64,000 bases of DNA from the human T2T-CHM13v2.0 reference genome, Homo sapiens. This document shows positions 1-15,987 of the stretch, in pieces (the first letter of the stretch is position 1; each line of letters opens with the position of its first letter). The translations under genes and the position numbers were made by a program. The stretch is from the NCBI RefSeq assembly GCF_009914755.1, contig NC_060936.1; one strand, written 5' to 3'. A model generated the notes under the pieces. That model saw nothing but the letters and a program-made list of their open reading frames with translations, was not told where the DNA came from and searched no databases.

Positions 1-143
1 ACAATCATAAAGCAGATAGAAGTGTAGGGATAGAGGTACATACAATTCCTTCTGAGGTACCTAACATAGAACTGAAGAAGGTGTCTCAGCTGGATTTTAA
101 TTGATGAATGGGATGTTCCCAAGAGAAGAGCCTCTAAAAATGG

Positions 144-494
144 TGTGTGGTTTGAATGTGCCCCCTCCAAAACTCGTGTGTTGAAACTTAATGGCCAATA
201 TGATCGGATTAATATGTGGGACCTTTAAGAAGTGATTAGGTCATGAGGGCTCTTTCCCCTCACTCATGAATGGGTCTAGGTGTCCTCATAAAAAGGGCTT
301 GACAGAGGGAATTTACTCTCTCTTGCCTTTTTGCCTTCCGCCATGTGAGGACACAGCAAGAAGGCCTTCACCAGATGCCAACACCTTGATCTTGGAGTTC
401 CCAGCCTCCAGAACTGTGAGGAAATAAATTTCTGTTCTTTATAAATTGCCGAGTCCATGGTATTTTGACATAGCAACACAAATAGACTAAGACA
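144..494 (+). mobile_element. MaLR solo LTR (MST/MLT1A-like)
   Basis: tgtggtttgaatgtgccccctccaaaactc ... gactaagaca, with aatgg on both flanks. Confidence 0.85.
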
Positions 495-2869
495 AATGGT
501 ATGAACAGAGAAGTAGAAGCCACCCAATGTTGGTGAAGGGAAAACTGTGGTTTAGAGGGTGCTAAGACATGAGGCTAACAGTGGTCAGAATCCAAACTTT
601 GGAGGATTCTATAGGCTAACTTGAAGAACTAGGACCCCTGGTTGTAGATGTTACACTTTGGTCTTAGCAACAAGTGGCCTGGTCAGATTTGAGTTCTCAA
701 AGGGTCCTCTGCTGCAGTGTGAATAGTAGATTTGAGGTGGAGGCAAAAGGGGAGGCAGGGATGCAAGTTAGAAGTGGGAGTGAGGCTTAACTCAAGGAAG
801 AATAATTGTATTGAAAGACTGACATCCAGTTCTCAAAGGGGTCACAGCCCTGAGAAGGAGCAGGACAGAGTTTTGAGGCAGGGCTCCAACGATTGTACTT
901 ACTGGCTGCACCACTTCCTCCCATGTGGTAGAGGCTCCCTGCCCTTTTCAAGAACTTGCAGTGAGGTTTCGCAGCATTCAGGTGAATGCTGGAGAAAGTG
1001 ACCATTTTGGAGGGCAAGGGACAGAAACCCAACTTAAGCTATAATAGCATGCAGCATGGAAGAACACTGGAGCAGTCTCATGTCCATTTCTTTCAGCTGC
1101 TTACCCACAGTAAGAAAAGTATTAACTTTTTCCAAATATCTCTTCATAAAAAACAAAGATAAGACATGGTTGGTTGTGTTTGGGTCACATGCCTACCCCT
1201 AGACCAATCATAGTAATTAGGAAAACATAGAATGTGATTGGCTTAGACTCCATCTTATGATAACCCCTGTGGACCTGGAAAAAAGTGTCTTTTCAAAGAG
1301 AAAGAGGAATAAGGAAGCTTACTGGGTAGACACAAAACAGCAGCATCCATAAGGTTTGAAGAAAGCTCTCAGGAAGGATGTTGAGGGAGAAGAGATAACC
1401 TGTGATTGAGGAGTCAACACTAGCTCCACGGTTCCTTATCTCTTGGCTGACCATGTAGGCTGCATTAAAATCACGCAACTATCATTCAATTCCAAATTAA
1501 GCAATGAGCTCTCAAACTGTATAGGCTTTCTTAGGTAATTCTCTATGCCAGAATAACCTGCCCTTCTCAAACTTGGCCTCATCCTCAACATAAATGTCTT
1601 CTCCTCTATGAAATGTTTCTGTCATAATCAAGGCAGATCGATTCTGTCTCTCCTCTGTGTTCCTGTGGCAGTTCATTATACCTCTGCTGTAACAACTGGG
1701 ATGTTGCATTGTACTCGGCTGCTTACTGTCTGTCTACAAGCTTTGCCTTCTAGACTGTGAACTCCTGCAAGATGATGACTGTGCCTCATTCATCTTTGTA
1801 TCTGAGTTCCACGAACAGTAACAGGCACATAATAGACTCTCAAAAAAGATAGCTCAAAACGATGATTTTCTTTTTGTGTGTTGGGACTGGGTTTGTACAA
1901 AAGTCAGCATTACTTACTGGCCATGTAAGATGGAATGCTAAATATTCAGAGTGAATACATGGTGTCTGTCATCAACTCTTCTTTTGGAGAAATGCCTTCC
2001 CTCCTCTTCTCTGCTTAATTTATTTTCACCTGACCAAACATACCACTGCATACCCCTGGCCACAGAGATTGAATCAGACATGAGTCCATGACTCAAGATG
2101 GGTAAATTGGGGAAAATATTTTCTTTCTCTGTATCATATATTGCAAGCTTGAGATTTCTATGGAACAATATTGCTGTCAACTGCAAAAGCCAAGAATGAA
2201 GCCAGACAGAGAAAAGCTGTTTTAATAGAAGAGGAGAGAGAAAAGAGAGAACAGGAGGACATTGAAGGGAAGTTGAAGGAAGAGTTAGCTGGATTCAGCT
2301 AACCTAAAGTATGTGCAATCCTAGGACTTAGAGTTACATGAACAAATAAATACTCTTTTTGCTTAAGCTGAATTCATCTGGGTTTCTACCATTTGCAACT
2401 GAAAATGTCATGATTAATACAGTATTACATCTGCTTCTTAGAGAGGCACAAGTCCTTTGGGAATATAAAAGGCTCTGTCAAGTCCTGCAGGAAGGAAACT
2501 GATGTCACCTTGTTTTTATTTAACCATGTATCTCCCAGATTTGTTTGATCACTAATTCCTTTTTTCCAGTAACAAGTATTAATATCTGCAGGCCTACTAT
2601 TTTTACATTTTGTGAAATATCAGCTAAAACACTGGATATTTTAGATTAAGAGAGCATACACTTAATAATGTAAAACGAAGTTAACTAGTGTTCACAAGGT
2701 GTAGATTCATAACTTAAATCAGCTTAATTGGGAGAGCTGATATCCTGAGTTAGGGGAAATCCTCTGTCCCCAGAATTATTTGTAATGCTCGAGTTTATAA
2801 TGCTAGTAATGAAGTAATAGTAGTATTAGTAATTACTACTGCTAATTAATGGCTACTCTAGTAATTAAA

Positions 2870-3090
2870 ACAACTAATATTTGTCAAGCACTTACTATGT
2901 GCCAGACACAGTGCTAAGAAATTTATACAAATTATCTCATTTAGTCCTCACCTGTAAGGCTGGCATTATTATATTTTACCCATGGAGCAAACAGGTCAGA
3001 AAAGTTAAATGACTTACCCAATGTCATAAAATCAGGACGTGAAGGGACTAGTATTCGAACTCAGGTCTGGCTGATATTGAAACCCATGAT
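2870..3090 (-). mobile_element. MIR (one of many; others near 14.7, 16.1, 18.6, 24.1, 27.3, 41.4, 47.7, 56.3, 58.6, 59.1 and 61.6 kb)
   Basis: agcacttactatgtgccagacacagtgctaag...gttaaatgacttacccaatgtca MIR core. Confidence 0.8.
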
Positions 3091-3824
3091 CTTTGTCATT
3101 GCATGTTCATGCCCACGAGCTTGAAAATAAGTCATCTAACTACATGCATTGGTCAACTCCGATAACTTGCTTAATTGGCACACGTACATTTCCACCAAGG
3201 AACCTAGTCAAAGAAATTCCTCACATTTTGACATGCACATTTTCCACTACTCACTGGCCAAAGCAGCTTGTGTGGATTATAAATAGGGGCTATTAACATT
3301 ATATTGTGATTTTTCTATGTGCTCTTTCAATAGACCCAGTGTTTGCAGTTCTATAGAGATGCAGAACAAAATAGAAATTTTGAAACAACAACAAACCTGG
3401 CTACTGTCTGAACACTGCTATTGGAGGGTGAGGTTGTGGTATGAACACAGGAACTGACATAGCTGGATTTCTTATCTGTCGATAGATGCTGATTTGCTAA
3501 CATTGCTCTACGGCATTGCAGCAAAAGCCCCCACTTGCAGCACAAGAATCTACTCAACCCTGACTCTGATGAATGACTGTCAGAGCTTAGTTTGACTGCT
3601 TCCTGGTGTGGGAAGGTCGCTACCTGATACTACCAGTCACTATCAGCCACAGTGAGGAGCTGGATGCACCTAGACAAGCAGAAAGGAAGGCCATGTGTGT
3701 ATTAGGGATACAGCATTTAAAGGGAAGGACCCTGGATGAGAAGTCTAGGACTTGGAATCCTGGCTCTGTCACCTGCAAGTTGAGTGACTTTACTGAGAAA
3801 TCACCTAATGTCTCTGGGCTGTAG

Positions 3825-4233
<409 letters not shown>

Positions 4234-5228
4234 TGTGAAAACACTTTTAAAACTCTTAAGTGTCTGTAAGATATAAGGTGGTCACACACTACATTATTGA
4301 TAACAGTTATCTGGGGGAAGGGCAGGGAGGAGTGCTGAGGTGTTAAGAATCTTTAAAAAGAGTAAAAAAGATAAGATTTTTAAAGTCAGCTGTAAAAAAT
4401 ACATCATAATACGATGCCATTTACATAAAATATAGATATAGATATGTGTAGAAAAATATATGGGAGAATATTTTCCAAAATACTAGCCGTTTTAGGTGGC
4501 GTTTACCTTTTTCCATTTACTTTTCTACTTTCTCATTTTTACAATGGACATGGATTATTTATATGGTCAGGAAGAAAAAAAGAAAGTAAAACACCTCTTT
4601 TCGTTTGGGAGTTGTGGCAGACACAGAGATACATTGCTCAGATCTCCTTCAGAGAAAGCACTGGCTGCCCAGTTGTAAGAAGTGGTTAGCTAACAGCCTT
4701 CCACTGTTAACTCCTTCAGCATTTGAATCAAGGTTCTGTCCTTTGAGGGGCAGCTCAAGCCAATGGCTAAACATGAGAAGGATAATAGATGCCAGCTATT
4801 TCCATTCAAGGTAGACTCATCTTTAAAAAAAACAGCTTTATTGAGATATAATTAATATATAAAAACATGCACATATTTGATACACAACTTGATGAATTTG
4901 GACATATGCATATGCCCATGAAACCATCAGCACCATCAAGGTAATAGGCAATACCTCCAAAAGTTTCCTTGTGTTGCACTGATTTCTGTTTCTTTTTTTC
5001 TCCCTTGAGACTTAGTATGTAACTCAATTAGAGCATGCATCATGTTGTATTAGATTATCTGCTTTTGTGTTTGCCTCTATTTCACTAGATGGTCAATGAC
5101 TTAAGGGTAAGAACATGTTTTATTTGTATTTGTACTGCCAGCCCTCATTTATAGCTCAGAGTGTGGCACATAATAATTGCACAGTAAAATTTTGCTGGAT
5201 AATTCTGACCTCATAAGTTATATATATG

Positions 5229-5532
5229 GGCTGGGTGTGGTGGCTCATGTCTGTAATCCTAGCAGTTTGGGAGGCCAAGGCAGGAGGATCGCTTGAGGCC
5301 ATGACTTCAAGAGCAGCCTTGACAACATAGAGAGACTCCATCTCTACAAAAAATAAAAAGATAATAATTAGCCAGGCCTGGTGGTGTGCACCTGTAGCCT
5401 CAGCTACTTGGGAGGTTGAGGCAGGAGGATCACTTGAGCTTAGGAGGTCAAAGTTGCAGTAAGCCATGATCATGCCACTACTCTCCAGCCTGGGTGACAG
5501 AGCACAACCCTGTCTCTAACAACAACAACAAA
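5229..5532 (+). mobile_element. AluJ-like
   Basis: Dimeric Alu with J-type ggaggatcacttgagc; (AAC)n tail. Confidence 0.95.
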
Positions 5533-5823
5533 CTACATACATGCCTTAACAGAAGCTTGGAGTTTTTTTAATAAGTGAAACCTAGCTTGAGGAGATAAAA
5601 CTGTATTCGCTGATATAAATACAAAATGTAGATGAAAATACTTCAGAAACAGCTGAATATACCCGTACAAACGAAATCATCTGCACTCAGTCTTTCTCTC
5701 CATCTTTCAGCCTGTTTTGCTCTCTGTTGTCTTCATTCTCAGGTGGGCTCTCCAAGGACGTATGTTGCCCTAAGTATATGTCACTCCAGCCAACCAATTG
5801 CAAGAGAAAGAGAATAAATATTG

Positions 5824-6202
5824 TGTATTATCCACTTTCACACTACTATAAAGAACTGTCTGAGACTGGGTAATTTATAAAGAAAAGAGATTGAATTGAC
5901 TCACAGTTTGGCATAGCTGGGGAGGCCTCAGGAAACTTATAAACATGGTGGGAGGCAAAGGGGAAGCAAGGTGCCTTCTTCACAAGGTGGCAGGAAGGAG
6001 AAGTGCAAGCAGAGGAAATGCCAGACACTTACAAAACCATCAGATCTTGTGAGAACTCACTCCCTATCATGAGAACAACATTGGGGGAAACCACTGCATG
6101 ATCCAATCACCTCCCTCCAAGTCTCTCCCTAGACACATGGGGATTATGGGGATTACAATCCAAAATGAGACTTGGGTGGGGACACAAAACCTAACCATAT
6201 CA
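5824..6202 (-). mobile_element. THE1-family solo LTR (THE1D-like)
   Basis: gagactgggtaatttataaagaaaagag ... gggtggggacacaaaacctaaccatatca. Confidence 0.9.
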
Positions 6203-7847
6203 TCTTTATTGATGGTCCCAGTAAAATTCCAGAGTCGAATCTCACTGGACCAGCCTGGGTCACATACCCATCTCTGAATCAATCATGATGGCCAGTGAGA
6301 ATATGATGACTGGCCACACCTGGGTCTTGCATTCATCCTTGGAAAGCAAAGGGGTGTCAACCCTAACAGAATCATAGCCTGAGGATAGGAAAGGGGGTGG
6401 ATTACCAATGTTCTCATCAGAAGAAGGGGAATGAATACAGGTCAGGCCAAACAACAGATGTCCGTGGTACATGTTAGGATTCCACACTGGGGATACCAGC
6501 AAAGAAAAGACAGGTGTGACCCATTGAGGAAAATGCTGCAGGCAAACACCAGATGCTGGAAGCCAGATAAACAGGGGAGTGAATCTTCTTTTTGCAAAAT
6601 TAATCCAACAGTTTTCCCCCTCCTTTTCTTGTACAGTGTTCTATTACATTTTTGTGTGTACCTCCAAATTATCAAATGCATATCTGTATATGAAGCCATA
6701 TATTCCTGCGCCTTGGGGAAGTAGGTAAGGTATTAAGTGAAATTGCTTTTAAAATAAAGTAGCGATTCTGTAGTGACACCATGCCCTTTTTTTCTGGTCT
6801 GATTTACCTAGTAGGAATACACTGGGCACATGCAAAGCCCTCCCCTCAAGCCCAGGAAGGGACAGTATAAGTGACTCCATTATAGCACAATATTTATAAG
6901 ATTAATCAAGAGAGGATTTGCATGATCAAAGTTTGAGACGCTGAATTCAACAAAGTTCAGTAGGCATCTTTCCTTTAGGGCTTATCAGATCCTTTAATAT
7001 GCTAATCATCATTGAGATTTTCTAGGAGGGACACTAGGGATGGCAGAATTTCCTGACTTTATTATTATTTTTTTCCAGTACTGAACCCTTTCTAGAAAGT
7101 GCATATCACAGGGCGTGTGTTACGAAGAAAACATTTTGGGTTGGCTCTATAATACCACTTTTAAAACATTTTCAAAATTCTAATGATGGAATTTGATCAT
7201 TATATAGAACTGTTAAAAACTAAAATGATTTATATTTTTTATGTGGCAGACCATTGAACGTACATAGGCACAGCTATTAAACAATACCTCTATTTTAAAA
7301 GAAATTTCATTGGGTTTATATGGGCATAAACATAACCTCAAAAGGTGGAAAATCCCTTCTTGCTAGATTCCTTATCTGGGAATGTGTCATTAAATCCTTT
7401 TCAATCATACCCCAGCCTTATTAAGTTCCAATATCCTCTTCATTCTCCTTCCCATCCCAAGACACTGATACTTCCATTCTTTGCCTTTTTCCTACCTGTT
7501 TTTGCCTCCAGGCCTTTGCTCCTCAGTTTCCCCAGCCTGAATTGCCTTTATCTCCAGTCCATTATATCACACCAAATTGTCTACAATCCCCTCCTCGCTC
7601 CTTCCCCACCTTGGCTTCTGTGTGCCAGATTATAGTTGTGGGGGCAGGGGGCACAGCTACCGGAGAAGTGTCTAATGGTATGTGTATGTGTTGGGACGGT
7701 TCATGCTTGCGAGTCAAATCCAGTTGCAGAAAGGTCAGGAATAGAATGACTCATAGGGTTCTCCTTCCTCTCCCACACCCCTTTCTCTGGCTGGAGAGAC
7801 ACTGAAACAGCATGGGGAAGCAATGAGCTATAAGAGGAATGGATAGG

Positions 7848-8204
7848 TGATATGGTTTTGCTGTGTCCCCACCCAAGTCTCACCTTGAGTTGTAATAATC
7901 CCCTCATGTCAAGGTCAGGGGCCAAGTGGAGATAATTGAATCATGGGGACAATTTCCCTCATACTGTTCTCATGGTAGTGAATACATCTCATGAGAGCTG
8001 ATGGTTTTATGTGTGGAAGTTCCCCTGCACAAGTTCTCTTGCCTGTTGCCATGTAAGACGTGACTTTGCTCTTCATTTGCCTTCCGCCATGATTGTGAAG
8101 CCTCCCCTACCATGTGGAACTGTGAGTCAATTAAACCTCTTTTCTTTATAAGTTACCAAATCTTGGGTATGACTTTATTAGCAGGGTGAGAACAGACTGA
8201 TACA
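7848..8204 (+). mobile_element. THE1-family solo LTR (THE1C/B-like)
   Basis: tgatatggttttgctgtgtccccaccc ... gagaacagactgataca; 5-bp TSD atagg/acagg. Confidence 0.9.
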
Positions 8205-9438
8205 ACAGGGACTGCAAAGTATGTGAACTCTAGTCTTACTCTTCTGCCTCTTCCAGTGTATGTGACTTGGGGTGAATTGCTTTCCTCTGTGGGCCTCAGT
8301 TTTTCCTTGGTAAAATGACAGGATTGGGATAGGCCAGTGATTCCCATACCTAGCTGATCACTGGCATCATCTGCAAAGCTGGTTAAAAATATATTTTCTC
8401 TGGGCTCTAGTCCCTGACTTTGGGTGATGACTGGGAATCTGAACTTTAACAAACTCATCCAGGTGTGGGCAACACTAGGCTAGATTATTTCTAAGAGCTT
8501 TTTCCAAAACAAAGCATTGATAAATATCCTCTCCATCTTGGGGTAGTGGAAGTCTCTCTTGCCATCCTCTCTACTACTGTGGTTCTGATGAAACTGTCAG
8601 TCACAGAACACTACTGATGATCCAAACCTGTCCAATCATAGGACCACACTCCTCTGGTCACTGAAAAGTACCCATGAGAGTCATGTGACCAAGAAAAGTC
8701 AATCGAGCTTTTCCCTAGGACTTTTTACTTGGAGCTGCAGGAGAAATAGCCTATTGGCTAAGGTCATGGAACTCAAGGGATGTTATCCAGAGCTTTCAGG
8801 TGGCATATGCCCTGCCATGTGGAGAAAGCCTTTCTGCAGCAGGAAAGTGTGAGGCTGGGCAGAGAAAAGCTGAAATAAGATGGATAGAGTCAGACAATCC
8901 TAGGAACCTTCAGTTTCTCATGTCGTGAGAACTTCCCTAATTCCTATGGTCTGTTCTCTGAGTTACTCACTGTTCTGTGAACCAGTAAAGCCTCTTTCTG
9001 CTTACATCAACTGTTTGGTGTCTTTCACTTGCAACTAGGGATTCTCTGGCAAAATCAGGATTATATCTGAGTCTGACTCCAAAGTCAGTGCTTCTAACCG
9101 TTGTCCTACCTTGTACTCTTCCATGGGGACAAACATAACAAATTTCAGAGATGTCCCTCTATTCCCTGCAAAAAGCCCCATGACCTGTAAACAGCTTCAA
9201 TGATGTTTAAGGTCTTAACCCTCCTGCATGAATCTATTGCACTCTTTTCCTCCTCCTTTTCACTCTTATAATACTTTTTTTTTACAACTGTTTTGCTAAT
9301 AGTCATTTACTGCAGTGGACCATAATTTCTCATATCTATACTAAACCTTTGTTTAAACTTTTTTATTTTGTCTCCTCCATTAAATTATAACTTCCTGAGG
9401 GCAAAGAACATGCATTGTATCTTTAAAAACAGATTTTC

Positions 9439-9760
<322 letters not shown>

Positions 9761-11794
9761 ACAGATTCTTCATCATTATAAGCACAGGAGTGATCAAGAG
9801 CATTTTGAATAAGACACAAGGGCTTCACTTCTAATCTCAGTTGCGCCAATTCGTGAATGGGATTTGAACCCAAGAAGGGAGGTCCTCAGAGCTCATGTGA
9901 GTTTGTACTATGTCATCTAAAGCCACAGATGTGATGGACTGGGGACCCCAAGGAGAGAACACCCAGAGAAACCTGCCTGTTGATTTGGGATGATTTGAAG
10001 GAAGTCGCTTTCCTCTGCAAAAGCAGCCACATCTTCCCAGCAGCAGGCAGGATTCCCCAGGGAAACAGAGACCTAATTTATACATCTGGCAGACAAGATG
10101 TTAGTGGAAGTACTTAACCTTGATTCCCTTGCCTCCCTTCCCTGGAACGTCAGGAGTGATGGAAGCTGCCCTCCCAAGATCCAGAGCTCATACCCCCAAA
10201 TGATGTGGGTCTCACAGCCATCCGGGGCCACTGCTCAGGGAGAATCACTCAGCCTGACACTCTGCTCCAGTCACAGATGAACCCTCATTCCGAGAGTCAG
10301 AAACAGAGACCCAGCAAACCAGGGACCTGGTCCCTGCCCTCAGCAAGTCTAGGATCTATTTGAGGACACAGTTCACATCTGCACATGAAAACCAATTTGG
10401 AATATTTATAAGGCTGCCCAGTATGCTGTGTAATCAAACAGTGCATGCTGAGTACTGATAAAGACACCCCAGTCTTAGAGCAGGAAGAAGTCTTATAAAT
10501 TTGCTAGTCCAGGGTCTCTGAACAGTGGCTCATGGGCCGAATTTGACCTGTAGATGTGTGTGTTTGAGTTATACCATGTTTTTTTTTCTTTTTTTTTTCA
10601 ATTTTACTATTCTTTAAATGGTTTTTAAACTTGGAGAGAATTTATATAAAATACAGACTTGAGCTTCTCTTTAAAATTAGGTGATCTGGCAGCTTTGCAG
10701 GCTTACGTTCCTGCATGGTCACATCTGGCTAGAGGTAAGCAGAAAATTCCCTCTCAAGAAAGAATATACTCTACAATTTTCCAGAGTCCTCACCAGTGCC
10801 TACTGCCTCCCCGATTCTGAGGCTCAGTGTCATCTGTTATGTGTTGTTGCATGTGTCCTATTGTTTTCCTTATAGTTAAAAAAAAAAATCACTCTGTATA
10901 CTCATTTCCTACCCAAGAGAGAACAGCCTCAAGTTTATCAAGAGGATTGCACTTAGCTTGCTTCTCTTGCTTAAATAAACTTCCTGGTGCATTAAGCTCC
11001 TGAATGTGTGGTCCCTGTTTTCTCCCAAACCCTGTATTTGAAGAAAATGAGGTTGAGAGAGAGAAAGAGACTGAAGTTTGGCATCATGGAATGAGCTCTG
11101 AGCTCAGTTCAAGTCAAGAGGACTGGAAGCCTTGGTCTAAAACCCATCAGTAAGCATCTGATGACTATATATACCTGGGAAGTTTGTAGGCTTACATTCT
11201 CTCTGAGCCTCAGTTGGTCCATCCATAAAATGGACTCAAGAATAACCATCCTGCTATAACAAGATTTATTAGAAAAAAAGAATAACCATTCTATGGGGTT
11301 ATTCTGATGATTGAAAGATGTAATTCTATAAGTACTTTACAGACTATGAAAGTGTAAGGAACAAGAATAGTGTGCCTATCAGTGCTCTGAATGTTCTAGT
11401 TTTTATAGTTTGTGTTTAATTTGGGTTCCACAGCTCCTGCCATTGGTTTACCTAAATCCTTGCAATTCTGAAAAGAACATTTAGTCTTTTAGACTTTTAT
11501 TTGCTTCATCTCCCCTCCATCTAATGTGGGTAATAAAAAAGTTTTATTCTTGGACCTGCATCATCTGTGTTATTATTTATATACGCAGATGTTTTTGATG
11601 CCTCTTCCAGGGAATATTTTTGTAGATATTTCCTGAGTTCTTGAATCAGAGGAAAAAGCAAATGATCTTATTTTTGTGGCTCAAAATAAGAATAATAGGT
11701 GATAGTTCCTGAGCTGTTACTATGGGCCAGGCATCATACAAGACAGACCCTTCACATGCATTCGAACTTCACAGTGGCCATATGAGGTGTGTCT

Positions 11795-12305
11795 ACCAAG
11801 TATTTATTGCTGAGTAACTAAGTAACCAAAATTTAGCAACTTAAAAATTGCAATAAATATGCAGTGCCTCATATATGGTTTCTGTTGGTCAGGAATTCAG
11901 GAGTGATTTCACTGAGTGATTCTAGCTCAGGCTGTCTCATTAGGTTGCCATCATCTGAAGGTTTGACTGGGGCTGGAGGATCCACTTCCAAGATGTGTCA
12001 TGGCTGCCAAGTTGGCGCTGGCTGTTGGCAGGAGGCCTCGGTTCCTTGCCATGTGGACCTCTCCATAGGCCTTCTTGAATATGCTCATGACATAGTGGCT
12101 GGCTTCCCCCAGACTAAGTGATCCAAGAGAGAGTAAGGCAAAGGCTGCAGTGTCCCTTATGGAAATCTCAGAAGTCACACTCCATCATGGTAGCAACATC
12201 CTATCGGCTGCGTAGTCCAGCCCTATTCGTTTTCAAAGAAGACTACATAAGAACTGAACTGTCAGGAGCAGGAACTAATGGAGGCTATCTTTGAGCCTGG
12301 CTAGC
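11795..12305 (-). mobile_element. MLT1-family LTR nested in a MIR
   Basis: ggtcaggaattcaggag ... gactggggctggaggatccacttccaagatg ... motifs typical of older MLT1 LTRs; MIR halves on either side. Confidence 0.75.
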
Positions 12306-12985
12306 ACAGTCTATTATTCTCATATTTTAAAAATGGAGTAACTAAGGTTTAGAAGGATTATGTAACTTGTCCAAGATCATAGTATTGGCAGAGCTGGGAT
12401 TCAAATCCAGATTTGTCTATTTGAAAATATGTAAATGGAAGCCCTGAACCACTCAGCTCTACTGCATCCCAGATATTTTCAAAACTGTAAAGCACTGTGC
12501 AAATAATTCTGTTATTTGATAGAACATTCCAGGAACAGGTATGATTTTATTGATAAGTGAGAGATAATCCATTCACCTACTCATTCATTCATTTATCCAT
12601 TTAACAAATATCCATGGAATGTTTCATCTATGCTAGGATCTGAGATAAATGACTTGGCTAAAGTCACATAGCTGACAAATGGCAGAGTGGGTCACAAACC
12701 CAGGTCTGTATGACCCCTAGTACTGTGCTCTTTCACCACCTAGATGGTTGCTTTGAACTTATTTTATATGTCTTCAGAGCATCTTGGTGAAGTCCAGAGA
12801 AGTGAAGTGACTTCTCACAGTCTAAGAGAATAGGCTTTAGCAAATACCAGATTTCTCCCTCAAAAGAGTTCTATGCCCTAGAGCAGAGAAACATTCAGAC
12901 CTGCAGGAAAAACTCAGCTGTTGTCATGATTCAGATCTTACAGTGTTTGTGGTAATGGGAATTAGGTCTGAATCTCAACATATTT

Positions 12986-13404
12986 CATATGGTTTGGATG
13001 TTTTGTCCCCTCCAAATCTCGTGTTGAAATGTGACCTCCAATGTTAGAGGTGAGGTCTGGTGGGAGGTGTTTGAGTCATGGGGGTGGATCCCTCATGAAT
13101 GGCTTGGTACCCTACTTGTGGTAATGAGTGAGTTCTTTCTCTGAGTTCAAGCAAGATGTGGTTATTTAAAAGAGTGTGGCACCTCCCTTGTCTCTCTGTT
13201 GCTCCCTCTCTCCCCATGTGACACACCTACTTCCCCTTCGCCTTCCACCATGATTGGAAGCTTCCTGAGGCCCTCACCAGGAGTGGCTTCTGGCACCATG
13301 CTTCTTGTACAGTCTGCAGAACTGTGGGCCAAATAAACCTCTTTCTTTTATAATTTACCTAGTCTTAGGTACTTCTTTATAGCAATGCAAAATGGACTAA
13401 CACA
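12986..13404 (+). mobile_element. MST-family solo LTR (MSTA/B-like)
   Basis: atatggtttggatgttttgtcccctccaaatctc ... gcaatgcaaaatggactaacaca. Confidence 0.9.
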
Positions 13405-13429
13405 ATGCTCCAGGCACTAAGCAAAAATA

Positions 13430-13605
13430 TTATTGTTAGTGTTTAATGGGTATAGAGTTTCAGTTTTGCAAGCTGAAAAGCTTCCTGGAGATAGACAGTA
13501 GTGATGGTTGCACAATGTGAATGTACTTAATACCCTAAACTGTACACTTAAAAATGGTTAAGATGATAATTTTATGTTACGTGTATTTTACTACAATTTG
13601 AAAAA
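13430..13605 (+). mobile_element. L1MB/MA 3' terminal fragment
   Basis: gtttaatgggtatagagtttcagttttgcaag...gtacacttaaaatggttaagatg. Confidence 0.8.
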
Positions 13606-15049
13606 CATATTGTTGTATTATCTAATTACATCTTGAAGACAGCCCCAGATGACAACATGTCTTTTGGAAGAAGAAATCAAGGCTCAGAGATGCTAAGTCA
13701 CTTGCTCAGTATCAAATAGCCGAGAACCAGAGCTGGAGAATTGAAACCCAAATCCTTTCTACTAAAATACACAGTGCCCTTTTCTCTTGCTCCTGGTTTT
13801 GCAGCCAAAGGGAGGCCAGGTAACCATTTCGCCATTGCTAGGGCAGCGATTTATCAGTCACTGAACACCTTGGGAGGCAATTGGCCTTTATGGTCTGCGA
13901 TCAAGCTGGGGAGAAAGAGCTGGGGCTCTGGGCTCCTTGACCAGGAACAGCTGACATAAGAGCAGCAGTCTGCAATGAGCTAATTCTCTCAAAAACATCC
14001 CAGGTGGGCCTTGGCTGCACAGCTGGTATAATTAGCTAGCCAGGGAACACCACAAAAGATATTTACAGGTCCAACTGCTGTTCTCAAATATTTTCCTGCA
14101 CCAGCTAGGCCAGATATTCTCGGCTTTTAAAACCCCCTGAGATTCTGGGATTATTTTTGTGTAACTTCTGTGTGAGAAGGGGTTGCATGTGGCAGTATCA
14201 TTATGGGTCCAGGCAAGGGGCTGGGAGCTGACTCGGGGCTGTCCCAGTCTCCCTCCCTTGCCTTCCAAGCTTGGTGCTTGTACTTTCCACCTGCAATCTC
14301 TTGCTGGGAAAAATGACACTTGAATTCAGAACAAGTGCAAAGGAGGCTCCACTTGGCTTAATGGGAAGTGACCAGGGAACACAATGGATTAACCAACGGA
14401 GATTGTAAAGTGCTGTGTGAATATCAACTGCTGGACCACTGGGGGTGGGAAGGCATTTGAGTCCGTCTGGAAGAGGCACCAGCTTCCTGAGGTGAGGCTG
14501 AGTTAGCAGCTTCGCAACCTGCTGAAGTTTGGGACTTGCTAGGTGTTGTCTGAAACAGGCAGGCTCGTTCTGAAAAGAGTTTTCTAGCCTTTCTGGGCCC
14601 TGCAGGTGCTGCTTACTGATTTACAGGAGTAGGAACCCTGATCAAGAAAGAGAAGAAGAAAATTTTATTTGGGGAAGACCTATCAGGAGCCAGGACTTGT
14701 GCTGTGTGCTCTCACACACAGGTGGCTAAGAGCTTCAGAGCTGCACATGCCCACCTTTGAACCCTGCTTCTGTGTCTTGCTAGGTAACTGAACTTGGGTT
14801 TGCCACTTAATCTCTCTGAGCCTCACGTTCATCAGGTATAAAAGGGGGTTAACAACATCTACCTGATGAGTTTGTTGGGGGAATTCGAGAGGATTAGCCC
14901 TATGCCTCACACATAGTCAACACCCAGTGCTTGGAATTTGTTATTTCCATTGTTTATATTGTCATCTCCTGGGGTCATCATTCCAATCTAGAGAGATGCA
15001 TGGAAGGTGGGTAATTTTCAATATTGATCACCTCTTTTTTTCTCCTACA

Positions 15050-15535
<486 letters not shown>

Positions 15536-15682
15536 GTCTTACAGTGATTTATCGGACTTTTAATACCTGATCACTTTTCATTTTGTTTTATAGCTAGTGG
15601 TAAATGTGCTTAATGTTTCATTTGAACATAAGCTCCTTGAAGTCAGCATGCATTCCAGAATGGCTCTTTCTCTCTCTCTCTC

Positions 15683-15987
15683 TTTTTTTTTTTAAGAGTC
15701 AGGGTCTTGCTCTGTCACCCAGGCTGGAGTGCAGTGTTATGATCATAGCTCACCGCAGCCTCCACCCCCCAGGCTCAAGTGATCCTCCCACTTTAGCCTC
15801 CCAAGTAGCTAGGACTACAAGCATGTGCCACAATACCCAGCTAATTTGTTTTGTAATTTTTTTTTTTTTGGAGAGACAGGGTCTTGCTATGTTGCCCAGG
15901 CTGGTCTTAACTTCTTTGCTCAAGCAGTCCTCCCACCTCAGCCTCCCAAGGTGCTGGGATTACAGGCATGAGGCTCTGAACCTGGCC
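15683..15987 (-). mobile_element. AluJ-like
   Basis: cagggtcttgctctgtcacccagg...atcatagctcac (J-type). Confidence 0.95.

Noticed and set aside
11238-11289. 12-bp direct repeat aagaataaccat flanking a short A-ending insert in a MIR
   Set aside because: Could be a micro-retroinsertion with TSD or simple slippage. Too short to assign.
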